Shown here one piece after another: positions 63,355 through 64,000 of a stretch of 64,000 nt of DNA. Both the position numbers and the translations under genes were made by a program. Every line of letters starts with the position of its first letter. The stretch's first letter is position 1. Source of the stretch: Octopus bimaculoides (lineage: Eukaryota); assembly GCF_001194135.2 (NCBI RefSeq), contig NC_068984.1:30497220-30561219 (forward strand). Direction: 5' to 3'. A model generated the notes under the pieces. The model saw nothing but the letters and a program-made list of their open reading frames with translations. It searched no databases and was not told the origin of the DNA.

Positions 63355-63870
63355 AATCATCCTTTCTACTAAAGGCACAAGACCTGAAATTCTTAGGGAG
63401 GGGACTAGTTTATTACATTGATCCAAGAGTTTCACTAGTTTCACTAATTTATGAACCCCAAAAAGATGAAAAGTAAAGTTGACCCCAGTGGAATTTGAAC
63501 CCAGAAAGTGAAAACAACAACAACAATAATCTTTTCTTCTCTAGGCACAAGGCCCAAAATTTTGGTGGAGAGGGCCAGTTGATTAGATCAACACCAGTAT
63601 ACAACTGGTACTTAATTTATCAAACCCCGAAAGGATGAAAGGCAAAGTCAAAGATGGCGGAATTTGAACTTAGAACTTAAAGACTGGCAAAATACTGCTA
63701 AGCATTTCACTCGGCATGCTAACGTCTCTTCCACCTCGCCGCCTTATATCATATATATTCTTTTCTACTCTAGGCACAAGGCCCGGAACTTTTGGAAGGG
63801 GGCCAGTCGATTAGATCAACCCTAGTACACAACTGGTGATTCTGCAGCTAATGGTTCTGCCAGCTTACCA

Positions 63871-63873
<3 letters not shown>
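63355..63873 (-). mobile_element. Three tandem SINE family A copies (about 63355-63505, 63530-63746, 63757-63873)
   Basis: Three successive (ttttct)tctact...aggcacaag tails; the last copy is internally deleted. Confidence 0.82.

Positions 63874-63874
<1 letters not shown>

Positions 63875-63952
<78 letters not shown>
63875..63952. repeat. (AAT)n microsatellite
   Basis: Directly visible. Confidence 0.95.
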
Positions 63953-63954
<2 letters not shown>

Positions 63955-64000
63955 TGAAATTCAATTGAATTCAGTTGTTGTCTTAAATTCATGCTTATTC

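Noticed and set aside
1-64000. CRISPR array or other prokaryote-type system
   Set aside because: No regularly spaced identical repeats with unique spacers and no operon-like ORFs; recurring motifs are SINE/LINE parts

Overview
AT-rich, repeat-dominated eukaryotic scaffold with six N gaps (about 9647-10471, 22358-22486, 28508-28772, 33818-34464, 44304-44611, 54175-54287). The mix of tRNA-headed SINE families, RTE and R4/Dong LINEs and (TA)n/(CA)n/(AAT)n microsatellites matches what I recall of Octopus/coleoid cephalopod genomes; this is an inference and no search was run. No host protein-coding gene could be identified with confidence, only a few isolated candidate exons. There is no rRNA, genuine tRNA or CRISPR array. 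The contents are one Ty3/Gypsy LTR element with both LTRs, PBS, PPT and TSD nested inside a SINE, more than 20 SINE copies from four modular families (called A-D here), RTE and R4/Dong LINE remnants, Tc1/mariner remnants and MITEs. The most interesting unannotated signal is a nearly complete minimal type I hammerhead ribozyme (55638-55683, minus strand, single G12A change). It lies in a 53.6-56.1 kb zone containing several decayed CUGAUGA-bearing repeats. Several locally generated fold-back hairpins and a head-to-head RTE palindrome are also notable. All alignments and mismatch counts were done by eye. Boundaries of decayed elements are approximate.
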